A stretch of 64,000 nucleotides of DNA, taken from positions 9,984,001 to 10,048,000 of the forward strand of contig NW_024704743.1 of NCBI RefSeq assembly GCF_018977255.1, given 5' to 3'. This stretch comes from Callorhinchus milii. Taxonomy: Eukaryota. A program made the position numbers and the translations under genes. How positions within the stretch are numbered: the stretch's first letter is position 1; each line of letters begins with the position of its first letter. Below the pieces are notes generated by a model. It did no database searches. It was not told the origin of the DNA and worked only from the letters and a program-made list of their open reading frames with translations. Below are positions 1-11,129 of the stretch, piece by piece.

Positions 1-1972
1 ACTGCCAGAAAACATAAAAAAAAATACTTAAAGGAAAGGTAGGGCCAATTATAAACAAAAAAGAAAATTCTTGTCATAGAAAATGAAGATACTTCATGAG
101 TATTTAGCCTTAGTTTACACAAGAGTATTCGTGAGACATCGAGTGTGCAGGGTGAAATGTTGAGCAAGTTTCCTTATTCCACACACCTCTGTTTACCTAG
201 CAGTATGTAGGAACCCGGTTATTAGTCGATTGCTGGATCACTTTTCCAGGGATAATAAATCCTTAAAAAAAACACACAAAACACTTCAATCGACAACTGT
301 TTGTGGGACACTGCTGTGCGCAATTCGTTGCTGAGTTTCGCTAAAAAAAAATACAGTCAATTCACTTTACAGTATATTCTGTGAAGCGCTTTGAGACATC
401 TGGAAGACGCGATAAGGTCTACATCAAACACAAGAATTATTATTATTACAAGAGGAGGATGTGCAGTAATTAGGAGAAATAACTATAGAAAAGGAGGTGA
501 TGGCATGCATTTGAGAATGATGAGTGGAGTCAGAGAGGAAATATGAAATAGTAAATGCTCTGACTAGAATTTTTCAAACATTCTTGGAGTCAAAAGTTGT
601 GCCAGGAGACTGGAGGGCAGCTAATGTAACACCTCTGTTTATAAAGGGAAAATAGGCCTGTCAGTTCACTGTGGGAAAACTTTTACAGCCTATAATTCAG
701 GATAATATTAATAACCACTTAGAAAGACATGGGTTGATTAAAGACAGTCAACATTAAAAGCAAGTTTTGCCTGATAAAACTAATAGTTTTTTTTGATCAT
801 CTAACAGAGAAAATAGATGAGTTAATGCTGTAGATGTGGTATATATGGATTTTCAGAAGGCTTCGAAAAAGATGCCTCAATGGAGGCTTATCAACAAAAA
901 AGGTTTTGTGGTGTCAATGTAAATGTAGCAACATGGATAGAAAGTTGGTTAAATATAGGAAACAGAGGGTAGGGATACAGGGTTGTTATTCACAATGAAG
1001 CGATGTAAATAGTGGAGTCCTTAAGGGTTAGTGTTAGGACTACCTCTTTTCTCAATTTATATGGATTCTGCTATAAAAGGGGCACATTTACTAAGTTTGC
1101 AGTTGACATTAAAATACAGCTAACAGTGAAGAAGATTGTAAGCAACTTTAGGAGCCATAGACAGATTAGCTGATCGGGCAGAGAAACGGCAAATGAAATT
1201 TATTTTGGACAAAGTGAGGTTATACATTTTGGGAAGAAGATTAAGGACAACAAATATAAGTTGATTGATATAATATTAAAAATGAGTGGAACATGGAAAG
1301 AAAGGGACTTGGGGTTAATGTATATAAATCCTTAAAGATGGGAAGGCAAGTAGACAAAGCTGTTAAAAAAGTTAATGGAATCCTAGGTTTTATAAATAGG
1401 GGTATAGGGGTATAAATGTAATACTAAACTGATATAAATTAATAGCTAGACTATATTTAGAATATTCTATCCATATTGGTTACACCACTTTAGGAAAGAC
1501 ATCAAGGCAATAGAGACTGTGCAGAGGAAATTTACTTGGATGATACTGGAATCATGGGATCCTTTGGCCTATGAGCAGAGATTGGAGGAACTGGGACTCT
1601 TATTTTCTGGAACAAAGAAGGTTGAAGGATGACATGATAGAGATCTTTAAAATTATGGGGGGTTTTGATAGAGTCAATAGGGAGAAATTATGTTCACTGG
1701 TGGGTGAATTAGTAACTAGGGGGTATCAACTTAAGATAAAAAAACGAGCCTAGGAGATTTAGCATATGGAATGCTCTGTTAGGAACAAAATTGAGGCAAA
1801 ATCCATATCGGCTTTAAGAGTGAACCAGACAGATACTTTAAAAAGAGTCAGCTATAGGGGGTATGGGGAACGGGCTGGTAAGCAAGACCGAAAGGATTGA
1901 TCTTGAGGGAGCCGGGAGAGACACAATAGGTTGAAAGACCTTTTTCTATCCTGTAAATTTCCACGATTCTAT
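1..1972 (+). mobile_element. Decayed CR1-clade LINE (3' part of ORF2/RT to 3' tail), interrupted by a SINE at 126-447
   Basis: Broken-frame CR1 motifs: EYLA..FTQEED, VPGDWRAANVTPLFIKG, VDVVYMDFQKA, LEQRRLKDDMIEIFKIMGGFDRVNREKL; ends in a gattctatg-type tail. Confidence 0.9.
126..447 (+). mobile_element. Young tRNA-derived SINE (5'-truncated) inserted in CR1
   Basis: Body caagtttccttattccacac...ctgtttgtgggacactgctgtgcgcaatt, (ATT)n tail; 7-bp target-site duplication acaagag at 119-125 and 448-454. Confidence 0.9.
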
Positions 1973-2989
1973 GGAGACATCCTCCCAACGTGAAAAGCGC
2001 TAAATCAAATATAAGAATTATATCAAAATATAAAACAAATTCTGTACATGATTGTACAGCAGTGGGTAAGGGATCACTGATTTGTAACTGGAATAAAGCA
2101 GATTTATTTTCCCCTTCCTTGTCCCAGCATGCAAAGATTAGCGGTATTGCAGTTGTTGCCGATTGGCTGATTTGGGGCAGACCAGTTGTAGTCCTATAAT
2201 GGTATCACACCAGGTGGTTCATTTACTCATGGAAGCTGTTTTATTTTCCTTGTTGGATTATCAAGTGGAAACAATGGTCAGTGCTCATCTGTATTTAATT
2301 AACATCTACTTTGTAACGAGTGATGGTTAAATTCCTCAGGAACAGATTACAACTACTGTACAGCCGGTTCCACAACTTGACTGGATTTCTTTAAATAAAT
2401 CCTCAGGATTAGCATTTTAAGAGTAAACCCAGTCTCAAAAGAAATTAGTGTAAAAGGTGTAGCCCATTTTGTCACCTTCCTTATATCTTTGTTAAGTGCC
2501 ATTTAATCTTCAGTGAGTGGATTATCAGATGAGGCTGTTAATTAATTTCTATAGACAGTAAGCTTTATCTATAACTGTTAAAAACATAGTACAAAGAAGG
2601 CTGGGGATGACAAAAATGTCCTTTGGCCACTGCTCTCATTCCATTATTGGTAGCTTAACCATCAGTCACTCTACCCCCCACCCAACTCTCTGGAGCTCTC
2701 TATCAATATTCCTTCACCTTACCTGCCTTCAAAACCCTATGAAAATCGTGTCAACTTGCATTTATATAGGCCTTTCATATTGGGAGGCATCCCAATGTCC
2801 TTTGACCGTGCCTTTATGCAACACACACAAATTCCCTCTCCTCTCCCCTCTGCTCAATAAGCAGCATTGTCTTTTTAAATTTTTTTCAAAATGTTCATTC
2901 AATGTCAAAGTTGTTATATAAGTTATTGTTCATACTATTTCATCCTACAAGGAAAGTTAGAGAAGGAAACTGCAAAAGCATGAAAATAT

Positions 2990-3280
2990 TCATATCGTTG
3001 AAGAGAAAGGGGCCATTTTATTAAAATATTCAAGATACTAAAGTTTGTGGATAAAAGAAACCCTAATAATATGTTCAATATATTCACAAACTCTAAAAAT
3101 AAAGTAACATGGAATTGAGCTCAGAAGAGGGGAGATGGTTCAAAATCAATTGCTTTCCACCGAGAGTGAATATGTGGAATGAGCTGCACAGCAAAGTAGT
3201 CAAGGATTGTGTCAGGGAATTCAAGAGAGGATCAGATAGCTATTTGGCAAATACATTACTTGAGGACCACGTGATGAAAT
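2990..3280 (+). mobile_element. Highly decayed CR1 3' fragment
   Basis: KIFKILK and RVNMWNELHSKVV..VREFKRGSDSYL resemble the CR1 ORF2 C-terminus. Confidence 0.6.
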
Positions 3281-3292
3281 TTTGTATTTTAC

Positions 3293-3650
3293 TAGGAGCG
3301 GGATTCTTTCCACTAAGTTCCTGTTAACCTTGCAAACCAAAGTCCTAATGGGTAGGGTACTCTTAGCTTGACAAGCAATGGGGAGCTTGGCAGACAATGC
3401 TTTCAAGGATAAGCTGCAAGGTTATAGCTGGTTAAGCACCAGTAGTACCCCAAAGCACATTTGGGGTCCCCAAACCTTGTTTCTTGCCGACCTGCACCTA
3501 ATACTTTCTGGAATTAGGTCAGCAGGATGTGTCCCTCCAGGGAGAGAGTGTGCATTCTATTCCAATACACAGGAATGTTGATGAGTAGGTGGGATGCATG
3601 GAACTCTCAGTTGGGTTTGGATACTCTTAAGTGTGCTGATGGGTTTCTGC
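3293..3650 (+). repeat. Unclassified element X, copy 1
   Basis: Shares ctcctgttaacc, cctgcacctaatactttc.ggaattagg and gggatgcatggaactctcag with six other loci in the window. Confidence 0.85.
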
Positions 3651-4056
3651 ACTCTCATCTTTGAGTCAATAGGTTGTGGGCTCAACCCCATGTTGAGACT
3701 TGGAATTCATTTAGTCTAAGCTGACACTTCAATACAGTGGTAGAGGAGTGCTGCATTGCTGGAGGTGCCAACCTTCAATGAGACTTTAAACTGAGGTCCC
3801 ATCTCACTGTTCAAGTGGATGTTAAAGATCCATGGCATGATTTGGAAAGGGAAGGGAGTTTCTTTTTGTGTCCTGGCCAACAATAGCCCCAAAATAAAAT
3901 TGCTAATTCATTTATTGGCTGTATGTGGGACAATACTGTGTGCACATTAGCTGCTGCGTTTGCCTACAAATACACAGTCACTAAACTTTACAAATAATTT
4001 GGTAGTGCATTATCTGGAAGTGAAAGGTGCTATATAGAATGTAAGGATTTTTATTA
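3648..4056 (+). mobile_element. Older Deu-domain SINE (SacSINE1/AmnSINE1-like)
   Basis: tRNA-like head (gagtcaataggttgtgggctcaa), gtggatgttaaagatccatggca, gtgtcctggccaac, Deu block gtgggacaatactgtgtgcac, L2-type tail. Confidence 0.8.
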
Positions 4057-4067
4057 TATATGCATTC

Positions 4068-5010
4068 TTGCCTGGTTCCAATCCTACCTTTCCTACCATC
4101 TGCACTTCGTGGCCACCAATGGCTTCTCCTCTAGCCCTTGCGCAGTCATGTGTGGCATCCATCAATGCTCTTTCCTCGGTCCCCTCCTATTCAATCTATA
4201 CATGCTCCCGTTCAGCGATGTCACCCGCAGGCATGGGGTCAATTTCCACATGTATGCAGATGACCCCCAACTCTATCTTGCTGCCTCCATCCTCAACTCT
4301 AGGACAGTTGATGTCTTGGCTAATTGTCTGTCTGACATCAAGTCCTGGACGAGAGCCAACTTCCTCCAGCTAAGTGTTGGCAAGACAGAGGCCCTCCTGC
4401 GTGGCTGCCGGCAGCGCCTCCTAACCTCAGCTGCCGACACTATCACCATTCTTGGCTGTACTCTTCACCTCACCAAACCAATCCGAAACCTCGGTGTCCT
4501 TTGCAGCCTTCAGCTATCCTTCAAACCCCACATTCGTGACTTTCACACATTCCACACCTCCGCAACATTGACCGCCTCCGCCACTGCCTCTCACCGCAGA
4601 CCGCCGAAACCTTGATCCACACTTTCATTACATCCCGGCTTGCTCACTGAACTTTCTAACTCCTCCCTCCACAAGCTGCAGATTATTCAGAACTCTGCAG
4701 CTCATGTCCTCTCCCGCACCAAGTTCCGGGAACCTATCACCTCGGTGCTTGCCTGGCTTCACCGGCTCCCCATTCCTCAGAGAATTGAGTACAAAACCCT
4801 CATTCTTATCTCCATGGTCTTGCGTCCCCCCTACCTCTCTGACTTCATAACCCCATATCAGCCTGTCTGCCCCCTCCACTTGGCCGACACTGGCCTGCTT
4901 CAGGTCCCCTGCTCTTCCCGCCCCACTATTGGTAGTCGGGCATTCAGCATCTCTGTCCCCACCCTCTGAAACTTTATCACGCAATCCCTCCATCTCACCT
5001 CCTCTCCTGC
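4068..5010 (+). mobile_element. L2-clade LINE 3' fragment (RT)
   Basis: ORF motifs [58 protein letters not shown]; frameshifted. Confidence 0.92.
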
Positions 5011-5016
5011 TTCCTT

Positions 5017-5215
5017 CACCCACTCCCCACACTCTTCACCCGCCCTCCCACCCACTCCCCACGCTCTTCTCCCACCCTCCCACCCACTCCCCACGCCCTT
5101 CCACCCACTCCCCACGCTCTTCTCCCGCCCTCCCACCCACTCCCCACGCTCTTCTCCCGCCCTCCCACGCTCTTCTCCCGCACTCCCACCCACTCCCCAT
5201 GCTCTTCTCCCCCTC
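5017..5215. repeat. C-rich minisatellite, ~32-bp unit cacccactccccacgctcttctcccgccctcc (~6-7 variable copies)
   Basis: Direct tandem repeats visible; explains the low-complexity ORFs at 4900-5284. Confidence 0.9.
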
Positions 5216-6119
5216 TGATCCCCAAGGCCCCTGATTTCTGCTTTGAAAATGAATTGAAATCAAATGTATGCAAACTAGCTGCATTTCATTTGAAACATAT
5301 TCTAGGATTCTATAAAAATTTAATACAGTATGAAAGGATATTGATTATATCTTTATAATAATAATACTTTCATTTGATACACATCATCGAAACGTCTCAA
5401 AGAGCTTCACTGGATTGTACTGTAGAGGAGCTGATAGAGATTTATATTCAAAATTCTCTTTCCATTGCAACACTGAGTCCACTAGCCTGGTTGTTTTCCT
5501 GACTCTTGCTTTCTCAACCCACTTAACTTCAGGTTAAAGTTTAGCCGATATCTAATGATTTCATCAGAGCAAATGTTAGCTTGTTCCAAGGACATTCAAC
5601 TTGGATTTATAACAAGAAAAAAGTAGACTTTGATTTAAATTCTTCCTCCCTCTTCCACCCCTGTCCCCTTTCTTAAAAAAACACAAGCCCGTAAAAGTGT
5701 AACTCCAATAGACTTTCATATTCTTTCAATTCTGGAGTAACCTCCACAAGCCTTAATCGTGTATTTTCAGATTATAGAGACATCTCCTTTCTCCTCGTCA
5801 CTGCCTCCTTCCTTTTACCACCCCCTGGCATTTATTTGGTCATGGGTTTTCTGTTAATCAGTCACAGGTGGTAAGCTTGGGCCCAGTAAGCCTCTTGTTT
5901 TGCTCCCCCACTACTGTTAGCAATCTGAGGTGATGATGTCTGCACCTTCTAAATTAATCCATCTTCACTTTGTTACTTTGGTAAACACAGCCCTGCTTGG
6001 CAGCACCAGCCCTCCACTGCTTCCTCCATTCTCTACTCATTAAGCAGTACATCCTATGGGAACCTTTTTTGCTTCTTTCTTGAATTTCACAGAGACTTTA
6101 TTTCCCCCTCTCTCAGCCA

Positions 6120-6510
6120 ATTTTCTCCTCTCCCCTCCCCTCTCTTTCCTGTGAAGGGTTTTGATTATTTTTTCCTTGTACTGGTGCAAATCTAAAAAGG
6201 TGTTGGTTGCCCTCCTGTACTTTGTCCAAGTAGCTACTCTTTAAGGTGAATGCTAGCAGACTATCTGAGCATGGGAAGATATATCTGTTCAGACAGATCC
6301 TGTACTCAACTGTGCACTATCCTGCACAGGGTTGTTGGGAGCGATTAAGAGCAGGAAGTCTGGCTGCATTCTTCTCCCCATCCCATGTGCTCTGTTAATG
6401 ATTGTAGCACCTGTTAACTATTGACCTGGCTGAGATCAGTTAGCTCAACCCAGGAAAGTTTCCATCAAACCCATAGACTTTCTGCATGTCTTACTGTTAA
6501 TTCAAAGAAA
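6120..6510 (-). mobile_element. Ancient AmnSINE2-like SINE
   Basis: Reverse complement reads gagctaactgatctcagccagg...gtgctacaat...cctgctcttaatcgct...agtagctacttggacaaagtacaggaggg; homologous to 35150-35400 and 46060-46232. Confidence 0.65.
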
Positions 6511-7282
6511 GTTCAATGAATCTAGACCTTTCGTAGAAAGTATGTTGAAGTTCACACATTACAGTGTTCTGCACAAAACACATTGGAAATATCAGTGGGT
6601 CAAGTTTGTGATCTGTGGGATATTTATCACATCGAATGGGCTAGAGGCGGAATTTTAAATTCTGTTCTTTATGATGTTGTGGTGGTTTGTAGATAAAACA
6701 CGTAAATAGCCAATAAATGGACAACGATTGATGATTACAGGCTGTGATCTGTAAACTGGACATTCAACGCAGTGAGCTTGGCTCCTCCAACATCATCACT
6801 GAAAATGATACTGGTGGTGGAGGGGCACAGTGTAGTTGACTATGAAAAACCACTCACTATGAAAAATATCATGTGGATCACAAGTCTCACCTCATTGTTT
6901 TCTTTGTAACATTGCGAAACTGAACACTGCCATTTCCAGTGGTACCTTCTCCTGGGTCAGTGGCTCAAAGCACAGCCAAGAGACAAGTCTCAGAATCAGG
7001 ACTGTCAAATTATTCTAACTCAAACATTGGGGGTTATCCTGCTTTCTGACTCTGCATTGCATTTGTCGATGTGGTCTGACTTGCTGTCCTCCAATAATTT
7101 TGCTAATTTGTCCCTGAGCATTCATAAATATAAATCTAATGCGATTTTTAAGTTTAAGTTAAATTAAGTATAATTTAATTCAACATCTCTAAGTTTTTGT
7201 TAATGCTTTTCAATTACATTACAGTTATTTATAAGTGCACTGGGACAAATTCATGAAACTCAGTGAATAGAACAGGCTAATG

Positions 7283-8784
7283 CCTATCAATCAACCTCTC
7301 CCACCGTCTTCATTTTGTTTCCACAAACGGCTTTTCCTCCGGCCCCCGCACTGTCTCGTGTGGTGTCCCTCAGGGCTCTGTCCTCGGTCCCCTCCTCTTC
7401 ACCCTCTATATGCTCCCCCTCGGTGACATCATCGGCAGACATGGGGTTAACTTCCACATGTATGCGGATGACACCCAACTCTACCTTTCCTCCTCTATCC
7501 TCAACTCCACGACCACCGATGTCCTGACAGCCTTCCTGTCTGACATTGAGTCCTGGACGAGAGACAACTTTCTTCAGCTCAACGTACGCAAAACTGAGGC
7601 CCTCCTGATTGGCTCACGTCAGCGCCTCCGCACCTCAGGCGCTGACAGCATCAGTATCCAAGGCTGCACTCTCCACCTCTCAAAGCCGGTCAGGAACCTC
7701 GGGGTTCTGTTTGACCCTGAGCTGTCCTTTCTTCCTCATATCCGCGCCACAACTGGCACCGCCTTCCATCACCTCCGAAACATCGCCAGACTACAGCACT
7801 ACCTCACCCCTCACGCTGCTGAAACTCTGGTCCACGCCTTTATCACCTCAAGGCTGGACTATGGGAACTCTCTCCTCGCCGGCCTTCCCGGCACCTCCCT
7901 CCACAAGCTGCAGGTCATTCAGAACTCTGCAGCTCATGTACTATGTGGAGTCCTGTAGCTCAGTGGTTAGAGCACTCGCTTTGTAAGCGAGAGACCTGAG
8001 TTCAATTCCAGGCAGAGGGCGAAACCTTGGGCAAGTTTCCTTACTCCACACAGAGCCTAATAATAATCCCTCCAAAACCAAAAACAATAATAAATTGGTC
8101 ATTTTTAATCTACGACTGTTTGTGGGACATTGCTGTGCGCAATTGGCTGCCGCGTTCGCCCACAAATATACAGTCAATTCACTTTACAGTGTGTTCTGTG
8201 AAGCGCTTTGGGACGTCCTCCCGACGTGAAAAGCGCTATATCAAATGCAAGGATTATTATTATTATCGCACCAGGCTTCGCAACCACATCACTCCCACCC
8301 TCGCTCGCCTCCACTGGCTCCCCATCCCCCAGAGGATCGAATTCAAGATCCTCATCCTCACCTACAAGGCAACTCACGGCCTTGCTCCCTCCTACCTCTC
8401 TGACCTACTATCTCCCTACCTACCTGCCCGTACCCTCCGTTCCTCTGTCTTCGGTCTGCTCCACATCCCCCGCCCCAACCGCCCTACCATTGGTGGCCGG
8501 GCCTTCAGCCTCTCAGCCCCTAGGCTCTGGAACTCCATCCCCAGTGCCTTCGCCTTGCTTCCTCCCTTTCCTCCTTCAAGGCCGGTCTCCAGACCTTTCT
8601 CTTTGACCGTGCCTTCAGCTCCCCTCTCGACTCTCTACCCTCTCCTCGCTCCCTCCCTTCCCTCCCCTCACCCTGACCATTTCCCCCCTGCTCGGGTCCT
8701 GACCCAACTGTCCAGCGCCTCGGGACGTCCTCCCGACATGAAAGGCGCTCTGTAAATGGAATCTTGTTGTTGTTGTAGTTGTTG
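7283..8784 (+). mobile_element. Young L2-clade LINE 3' fragment with intact (GTT)n tail, split by a SINE
   Basis: ORF 7410-7958 ([34 protein letters not shown]) resumes after the SINE (HITPTLARLHWLPI, GGRAFS..APRLWNSIP); tail gggacgtcctcccgacatgaaaggcgct...gttgttg. Confidence 0.95.
7945..8266 (+). mobile_element. Full-length young tRNA-derived SINE, short form, inserted in L2
   Basis: Pol III A box tagctcagtgg and B box gttcaattc, Deu block, L2-type tail, (ATT)n. Confidence 0.95.
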
Positions 8785-9625
8785 CTGGTTCAGGTACTAC
8801 CTTTCACACCGCCTCCACTTCGTCTCTGCAAATGGCTTCTCCTCCAGCCCCCGCACCATCTTGTGTGGCGTTCCTCAGGGCTCTGTCCTCGGTCCCCTCA
8901 TCTTCACCCTCTACCTGCTCCCCCTTGGCGACATCATCCGCAGACATGGGGTAAATTTCCTACCACCACCTCTGCAACATTGCCAGACTCCGCCACTGCC
9001 TTACCTCTCAGGCTGCTGAAACCCTGACTCACGCATTCGTCACATCAAGGCTCGATTATGGAAACTCCATCCTCATCGGCCTTCCCAACTCTTCCCTTCC
9101 AAGCTGCAGATCATCCAAAACTCTGCAGCTTGTGTACTCTCGCGCACCAGGCTCCGCGACCCCATCACTCCCACCCTCGCCTGACTCCACTGGCTTCACA
9201 TCCCTCAGAGGATCAAATTCAAGATCCTTGTCCTCACTTTCAAGGACATCCATGGCCTTGCCCCCTCCTATCTCTCTGACCTGTTGACTCCCAACCTGCC
9301 CGCTCCCTCCATTCTGCGGACTCCGGCCTGGATCCATGTCTCCCGCCCGAGCCGCCCTACCATCGGTGGCCGAGCTTTCAGCCTCTTTGTCCCCACACTC
9401 TGGAACTCCATCCGACAGTCCCTTCACCTCGCTTCCTCCCTTGCCTCCTTCAAGGCTGGTCTCGAGACCCTCCTCTTCGATCGTGCCTTCAGTCGCCCTC
9501 TCTCACCCATACCCCATCCCTTCCCCATGCTCAAGTCCTGACCCCTGACTGTCCAGTGGCTTGGGATGTCCTCCCAATGTGAAAGGCGCTCTATAAATGT
9601 AATTTTGTTGTTGTTGTTGTTGCTG
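8785..9625 (+). mobile_element. Second L2 3' fragment, head-to-tail with the previous one, carrying a ~310-bp internal deletion
   Basis: [19 protein letters not shown], then a jump from HGVNF to HHL(R/C)NIAR; (GTT)n tail at ~9605-9622. Confidence 0.92.
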
Positions 9626-10014
9626 CATGAAGTAGGAAGACTGATTTGTGTATAGATACCTCTGTTAGGTAAAAAAATTTGACATTTCATGGCAGATTTG
9701 GTAAAACAATGATAATAATCCTTGCATTTGAAGTAGGGCCTTATTATGCCACCAAAACAATTCAGAGTGCTTCACTGGATTTTATTTTAGAGTATAGTGA
9801 CTGGGTATTTGCAGGGCAACGTTTCTTTAGTGTTAAAATCTGTTATAAAATATCACAATTTTCACCCCGTAATCTCTTCAATATTCCTGCCAGCATAAAA
9901 AAGAAAACATTTATTTTTCTTCATATCCACTTAATCGTGGAGGGGAATATTGGAAAACCGGAGATGAATAAATGGTGAAAGTGTCATCAAACGGGAGAAT
10001 CTTAAGCAGCAAGA

Positions 10015-10365
10015 GGTAACTGTATATTTGTAGGCAAACATGGCAATCAGTTGGTGCACAGCAGTGTCGCACAAACAGCCACAAAGTGAATAGGGGGATT
10101 GTTGGCCCACAACAAAACTTGCATTTATATAGCACCCTTCATACAGAGTAGCGGCTCGGAGTGCTTAACCGTGGTGGGGACTGACGCCGAGCTTGGAGCA
10201 GTGACCTAGAGCATGGTTGAAGAGGGAGATCTTAAGGGGTGATCTAAAAATGGGGAATGAGGGGTTGAGGGAGAGACTTCCAGACTTTCCAAGAGACCAG
10301 GAGAAGCTAATTTCTCTTTTGAATAGAGGCACAGGATCTTTACCGTTCAGCTGAACAGGCAGACT
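10015..10365 (-). mobile_element. Deu-domain SINE fragment with a nested L2 tail piece (~10108-10290)
   Basis: cacagcagtgtcgcacaaacagcc...gttggcc, then acaacaaaacttgcatttatatagc, then caggaga...ggatctttaccgttcagctgaacaggcagac. Confidence 0.65.
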
Positions 10366-10522
10366 ACACCTTGCAGCAGTCCCCTTGTACAGTATACCCC
10401 ATCTTACTGGATTCCTGGTTTCTGGAGTTCCAACCTAGCAGACGAAGCCTGAATAAGAAGATATCATAAGATAGCATATTCGTTATCTACTGCTCGTGGG
10501 AATCAAACTATTACAACGCTGG

Positions 10523-10725
10523 CACCCTCCACTTCGACCGTTCCTTTGGTCACCCTCCACTTCGACTGTTCTTTTGGTCACCCTCTTACCTCTACCCTTC
10601 CCATCCTCCACCATTCCCTATCCCAACCACCAGCTCGGGTGCAGAACCCTTACTGTCCAGAGCCTTGGGACGTCCTCCTGACATGAAAGGTGCTACACAA
10701 ATGTAATTTATTTGTTGTTGTTGTA
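10523..10725 (+). mobile_element. L2 3' tail with a 28-bp tandem duplication
   Basis: caccctccacttcgac(c/t)gttc(c/t)tttggt twice (10523-10578); gggacgtcctcctgacatgaaaggtgct...gttgttg. Confidence 0.8.
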
Positions 10726-11129
10726 ATTACACTTAAATTCCTGTTTGCCAGAATGCATCTCCCCCCCACTCCAACCACCACCACCACTAGTCCATCAAGC
10801 TGGGGTTTAAGTGAATGCATTGGTGCCAGCCTAAACTATAAGCTCAATGTCTGGATGTGGGACTTGAACCCATACCTTCTAACTCAAAGGAGAGAGTAGT
10901 ACCAACTGTTTGGTGCACTTGAAGAGGTTGGATTTGAGGCGGGACGTAAAGACAGAAACTGAGTAGGTGAGACAGAATGAACCTTCAGATTAATTGATAG
11001 TTTACCTCATGGCAGTATGTGGGACTTTGTCATTGGAAAGGACTGTCACATTTACATCAAGTTTGTAATGCGCTACAATCAAGGTAGAAAAAGCAAACTG
11101 ATTTCTCTATCAACTGATTTTTCTCTGAT

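Noticed and set aside
4900..5284. Gly/Glu/Trp-rich or Pro/His-rich proteins
   Set aside because: Translations of the minisatellite
7410..8755. Functional reverse transcriptase gene or retron-like system
   Set aside because: 5'-truncated L2 ORF2 interrupted by a SINE; the 8027-8755 ORF is an accidental SINE-L2 read-through. No prokaryotic gene organisation anywhere in the window
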